Positions 59,197 to 64,000 of a stretch of DNA of 64,000 nt are shown here, one piece after another. The number at the start of each line of letters is the position of its first letter. Position 1 is the first letter of the stretch. The notes under the pieces are model-generated. The model saw only the letters and a program-made list of their open reading frames with translations, was not told the DNA's origin and searched no databases. A program made the position numbers and the translations under genes. The stretch is from Fistulifera solaris (Eukaryota). The DNA is taken from positions 2,294,001 through 2,358,000 of the forward strand of contig AP026164.1 of the NCBI GenBank assembly GCA_030295235.1, read 5' to 3'.

Positions 59197-59919
59197 ATGT
59201 CTTCTTTAAGCCACCTTTGTGCCGTATGTCTTCAAAAGGCGAAGCACCGTTGCTCGCGTTGCCAAGAGACCTGGTATTGCTCGGTCGAACATCAAAGAGA
59301 AGATTGGAAGGCGCATAAAGCAACAGTCTGTCTGTCAGAAGATCCTCGTGTGCTGCAACTGATCGAAGCAATCTCGTGCGATAATAGAGCCGTAGTGAAA
59401 AAGTTGGCTTCCATCCCGGCTGTGTTGAATGGAAGAGTCGCGTCGTATAATCCTACAGGACAGCCTAGAAGCTTGCTCAAAAAGTGGTCTCCTTTGCATG
59501 AATGTGCCCGAGTAGCCAACCTCACAGTGCTCAAGCTACTCTTGAAACAGAAACCCAATCTCGAAGTCGAAGACGAGACTGGAGCAACGCCTCTCTTTGT
59601 TGCGGTCGGTGTTCAGGGACATAAAGTCATTCGCACTTTACTCAATGCAGGAGCCGATCCAGATGCCACAATCATCGAAGGCTGGTCGGCATTGATGATT
59701 GCCATTCGTAACTCTGATATTGAAACAGTTGAAGCACTTTTAGAAAATGACGTCGATGTGATGGGTGGTCGCGACCCTCTGGGTCGTAACGCCCTGGATA
59801 TAGCGGAAAAGGTCGCCGCAGGTCGAGGTATGGCGTTCGGACTTGGTAAGACGAGTATGGAAACGTGTGAGAGAGCGCAGGATATTGTGGATATGCTGGT
59901 TGGTTACTTGGTTGATTGA
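59197..59919 (+). CDS. MYND zinc finger-ankyrin repeat protein, copy 1
   Basis: CAVC..CSRCQETWYCSVEHQREDWKAHKATVC; ankyrin motifs WSPLHEC, GATPLFVA and GWSALMIA. Confidence 0.88.
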   Translation: MSSLSHLCAVCLQKAKHRCSRCQETWYCSVEHQREDWKAHKATVCLSEDPRVLQLIEAISCDNRAVVKKLASIPAVLNGRVASYNPTGQPRSLLKKWSPLHECARVANLTVLKLLLKQKPNLEVEDETGATPLFVAVGVQGHKVIRTLLNAGADPDATIIEGWSALMIAIRNSDIETVEALLENDVDVMGGRDPLGRNALDIAEKVAAGRGMAFGLGKTSMETCERAQDIVDMLVGYLVD

Positions 59920-60333
59920 TAGTGACATGAATGTTCTTGATGGTAGCAGCTAGCTGGATATTGCGGGAAAAAAGGGGCGCTGGACGAACAAACAAAAGTG
60001 TGAATTTCGCAAACTATCTAATAGACTACTAAAAATTACTTTCAATTGCATGAAGTTCCCATTCGACTGCTTACTGCTTACTACTCTATTTTGGGGATAT
60101 TTACCCCATAAAATCACAGCATACTGACTGGTTTTACCATGACAGCTGTTTCAATCATGAGAGGACGTCGTTTTGCTCGTTAAGCTCTTGTTGTTTCTCC
60201 CTGCTCTGTCTTATTTGTTATTTAAAAGGGCTCATAAGGTCGGTATGGTTGGCACGCAATTAATAGCTTTTCTATCTAGATCGTATCGAACGATCTCGGA
60301 TTGAAAATGATTTCAGTCGGAGAAATCTCGACT

Positions 60334-60337
<4 letters not shown>

Positions 60338-60371
<34 letters not shown>
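60338..60371. repeat. (TA)n microsatellite
   Basis: Directly visible dinucleotide run upstream of MYND-ankyrin copy 2. Confidence 0.95.
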
Positions 60372-60372
<1 letters not shown>

Positions 60373-60469
60373 TTGTACTACGCTTCGCGGAATTTCGCAC
60401 CGCCATGAACCACACAAAGATCCGATTGCGACAAGGTCAATAACAAGAAGCTGCTTTGAGCCTGTAATC

Positions 60470-61183
60470 ATGCCCGCCGAACACCATCTTTGTGCCGTTT
60501 GTCAGCAAGAAGCGACACAACGATGCTCGCGTTGCCAAGAGACCTGGTATTGCTCGGTCGAACACCAACGACAAGATTGGAAAGAACACAAGGCGAACGT
60601 GTGTCTCGTCGAAGATCCTCGTGTGCTACAATTAGTTGAAGCGATTACGAACAATAATAGAGCCGTGGTAGAAGAGTTGGCGTCTGTACCAACCGTATTG
60701 AATGGGAAAGTGGCGTCGTATAATCCTAGCGGACGACCGTTACGCAAATGGGCCCCGTTGCACGAATGTGTTCGAGCTGAAAACCTCGACTTGCTCCAAC
60801 TACTGTTACAAAAGCAACCCAAACTCGAAGTCAAAGACGGTGACGGAGAGACACCTTTGTTCATTGCCGCCAGTGCTCGAGAGCCCCGCATCGTGCGCGC
60901 TTTACTGACAGCGGGCGCCAATCCAAATGCGTGTGGGAATGATGGATGGTCGGCCTTGATGATGGCGACCCGCAACGCGGATTTGGAAACCGTACAAGCA
61001 TTCTTTGACAGTGGTGTTGATGTCTATGCGGGTCATGATATGTTTGGTCGTTCCGCAGTGGATTTCGCGCAGGCACTGGCCACTGGTCAAGGGTTAAGTG
61101 TTTGTGAGGGCGAGGATTTTGAGGAAGTCTTGGAGAGGGCGCGCCAAATGCCGGCTTTGTATCAAGCGTATTTGCGTGCTTGA
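60470..61183 (+). CDS. MYND zinc finger-ankyrin repeat protein, copy 2
   Basis: Same architecture as copy 1 with long identical nucleotide blocks (e.g. tgctcgcgttgccaagagacctggtattgctcggtcgaaca). Confidence 0.9.
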   Translation: MPAEHHLCAVCQQEATQRCSRCQETWYCSVEHQRQDWKEHKANVCLVEDPRVLQLVEAITNNNRAVVEELASVPTVLNGKVASYNPSGRPLRKWAPLHECVRAENLDLLQLLLQKQPKLEVKDGDGETPLFIAASAREPRIVRALLTAGANPNACGNDGWSALMMATRNADLETVQAFFDSGVDVYAGHDMFGRSAVDFAQALATGQGLSVCEGEDFEEVLERARQMPALYQAYLRA

Positions 61184-61655
61184 TGAGAGAAGGAGAGAAT
61201 TTGATACTTAAGATACTTTGTCGTGCCAGAAAGAATAATTGCTGCTGCAAAATGCGTTGATGTTTCATGAATTCTTCTAGTTTTTCCTTACCATTATTTA
61301 TTAATTAAGCTGTTTGCCATAACGACGTACAAAGTTATGAATTCTTCATTTCCTATGTTCTCCATTATAAAAGTAACTTGGCGTTTCAGGCATTCAGAAA
61401 TCTTCGTGAACAACGACCGCTGCGCCAACTTCTACTCGAACTGGTTATTCACAACGCGGGCAAGGTGGAATCGGACCACTACGCCTCTCGGCGTCCACGG
61501 ATTTGAAGTCCGCGCCCAACACCAGTCAGGATCATGCCCGCTTTTATATAGCTCTACGCACTACAAGAATAAAAAGAAGAGATACACTGACCTCGGCCCC
61601 GTTTGTGGGCGTCAACAGTCCAAAGTGTGAAATAGTATATCATTTTTAAAAACAA

Positions 61656-62547
61656 TTAGGCACGTCCCAAAGATGCCAATTTCTTGGCTTCTTCTTCCGC
61701 CATGGCCTTGGCACGCTTGTCCAACTTGGCCTGGGTCTTGAGACCCATGATACCACCACCCCACTTGCGCAAGGCATCGGGATTCTTGTTGAATTTCTCT
61801 TCGGCCAGATTTTGCAACAATTGCAATTGTGAGGCGTCGGCCTTTTCGACTTGGGTCAAACAGACGGCGGCGGCCGTTTTCATGTGCACGAGCGCACCGA
61901 GACGGGCCTTGTCCTTGACAATCATGTACGGGACATTCATTTTACGGCAAAGTGCGGGCAACCACATGACGAGTTCAATGGGATCGACGTCATTGGCAAT
62001 GAGTACCAGTGAAGCTTCCTTTTCTTCAATGAGCGAAGTGACATTCTTAAGTCCGTATTGAACGGTCTTGGGGCGGGTGTACTCGGGTTCCTTGCCAGCG
62101 GCTTTGGCAGCGGCCGCTTCCTTGATGCGTTGCTTTTTCGCGGCCGGTGTTTCGGGACGGTACTTGTTCAAGAGAGTGAAAACAGTCATGGCTTCATTCT
62201 TATTGAGTGGCTTGGTGAATTGGTTAATCGCCGGCGGCACTTTAAGACGTTGATAGAGAACCGACTTTTGACGTTGCAAACGCACATACGCGGGCCATTT
62301 GACGAAACGACTCAAATCCCGCTTGTTGGGCTGAATATCACCACCAATGTTAAAATTACGAGGACGAGAGGGAAAGAGAGGATCCGCGGCCTTTACGACC
62401 TTGGGCTTTTCTTCCGCCTTTTTAGTGGATTTGGTTGATTTGGTTTTCTTGGCCTGCGACGAGAGGCAATAAGTTGTGAGCGAAACTATCTATCTGTTTC
62501 AGGAAAAGAGGGAGTTGAGACATGAGCTCATTAATAACACTTACCAT
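61656..62547 (-). CDS. RPL7A: 60S ribosomal protein L7a (eL8); ATG-only first coding exon, intron 62454-62544
   Basis: RFVKWPAYVRLQRQKSVLYQRLKVPPAINQF and IANDVDPIELV; ATG|GTAAGT...CAG|GCC splices in frame. Confidence 0.97.
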
Positions 62548-62927
62548 GATTAATTCCAAAGGGTGTGTACTGGTAGGGTCAAATTTTTGACAATTAAGTG
62601 ACGAAGAATCGACGCGGTCGGTGTTTTGATTGAGTGTTTTGTGAAAAAGCTAGTAAAGCGGTAAGTCGAAAGCGTCTTGCATGCTATCCGTCGATTATTC
62701 TGTGACGTGCGACGTGCGAGCCACATCATCCGCGTCTGATCGTCCCCCGTCATTCATTCATTCATTCGACGAAAAACAACCCAAACATCGACCACGCAAA
62801 ATAACACGGGCAACAACTCTTTTCCATTTCATTGCATTTCATTTCATTTTCCTGAGTTTGTTACTGCTACCTGGTAGTATCATCGGATCTTTGTAGCTTC
62901 TCAATTACTTAGCTCATAATTTTAAAC

Positions 62928-64000
62928 ATGACAACCGCCGGAAAACTCTTGTTATTTTCGCATCACGCGTTGCGTCGCTCGACACGTCTTTCGACGTGCG
63001 TTCGCTCGTTTGCCACGCAATTCAATCGCGACAAACCGCACGTCAACATTGGTACGATCGGACACGTCGATCACGGAAAGACGACCTTGACACAAGCCAT
63101 CACCAAAGTATTGAGTGAAAAGGATGGTCGAAAAGCATGTCGTATGAAGATATTGATCGAGCACCCGAAGAGAAGGCTCGAAAAATTACCATTAATACTT
63201 CGCACATTGAATACGAAACCGCGAATCGTCATTATGGGCATATTGATTGGTGCGTCGTCTTGTAGTTATTGGCAATGTTGACTTTCTATGTGTTCACTTC
63301 CACTCACACACTCATTCTCTCATTCTCTCTCTCTCTCTCTCTCTCTCTACAAGACAGCCCCGGACACGCCGATTACGTCAAAAACATGATTACCGGTGCC
63401 GCACAAATGGATGGTGCCATTCTGGTCGTCGGAGCCACCGATGGTCCCATGCCACAAACCCGCGAACACATTTTGTTGGCCAAACAAGTTGGTATTCCCA
63501 ATTTGGTGGTCTTTTTGAACAAATGCGATCTCGTGGATGATGAGGAATTGTTGGAATTGGTCGAAATGGAAATTCGAGAATTGTTGTCGTTTTACAAATT
63601 CGACGGGGATGCCATTGAAATTGTGCGTGGGAGTGCCTTGGCGGCGGCGAATGGAACCAACGATGAATTGGGCAAAGACGCCATTTTGAAATTGATGGAT
63701 GCCGTCGATCAGCATATTCCGGAACCGGTCCGAGAAACCGACAAGCCCTTCTTGATGCCCATTGAAGATACCTTTTCGATTGCGGGACGTGGAACGGTCG
63801 TGACGGGACGTGTCGAACAGGGTATTGTCAATGTGAACGACGAATTGGAAGTCATTGGATTGGGAAATAACAAAAAGACCGTATGCACGGGAGTCGAAAT
63901 GTTCCGCAAATTGTTGGATCAAGGTCGGGCCGGTGACAACATTGGTGCCTTGTTGCGTGGTTTGAAACGTGATGATGTACGACGAGGACAAGTCTTGTGC
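62928..64000 (+). CDS. TUFM: Mitochondrial elongation factor Tu (3'-truncated; frameshift ~63120; intron 63250-63357)
   Basis: Arg/Ser-rich presequence; [45 protein letters not shown]. Spliceosomal intron. Confidence 0.95.
63325..63348. repeat. (CT)n microsatellite in the EF-Tu intron
   Basis: Visible ctctct run forming the polypyrimidine tract. Confidence 0.9.

Noticed and set aside
61337..61630. 97-aa ORF downstream of MYND-ankyrin copy 2
   Set aside because: No recognisable domain; lies in the convergent 3' region next to RPL7A.
62928..64000. EF-Tu as bacterial contamination or a plastid tufA insertion
   Set aside because: It has a spliceosomal intron and a mitochondrial-type presequence.

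Overview
Gene-dense eukaryotic nuclear DNA, most likely from a diatom or related ochrophyte. The evidence is short GT-AG introns, bipartite ASAFAP-like plastid presequences, a DUF6824-type protein and other diatom-style hypothetical families. About 30 protein-coding loci can be read. Housekeeping genes include Ndc1-like, SmE, TMCO1, a Qc-SNARE, a DUS enzyme, SDA1, PI4K, IMP3, RPL7A and mitochondrial EF-Tu. Many genes, including essential ones, are split by 1-nt indels in homopolymer runs. These are most likely assembly errors, so the ORF track fragments real genes. The most notable locus is an NLR-like STAND gene at 22017-25631 (gamma-glutamylcyclotransferase-like N-terminal domain, NB-ARC, TPRs). 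It is flanked by a MYND-RING-TPR gene with two in-frame TGA-CAA stops, a glutathione S-transferase and a double CXXC-zinc-finger HECT E3 ligase. Other points of interest are a bacterial-type intronless GH20 hexosaminidase (horizontal transfer candidate), a four-copy EamA/DMT transporter array in different states of decay, a Harbinger-like HTH protein without a catalytic domain, a tandem MYND-ankyrin pair and a dispersed 25-bp palindromic motif. All domain calls come from motif recognition by eye; no database searches were run.
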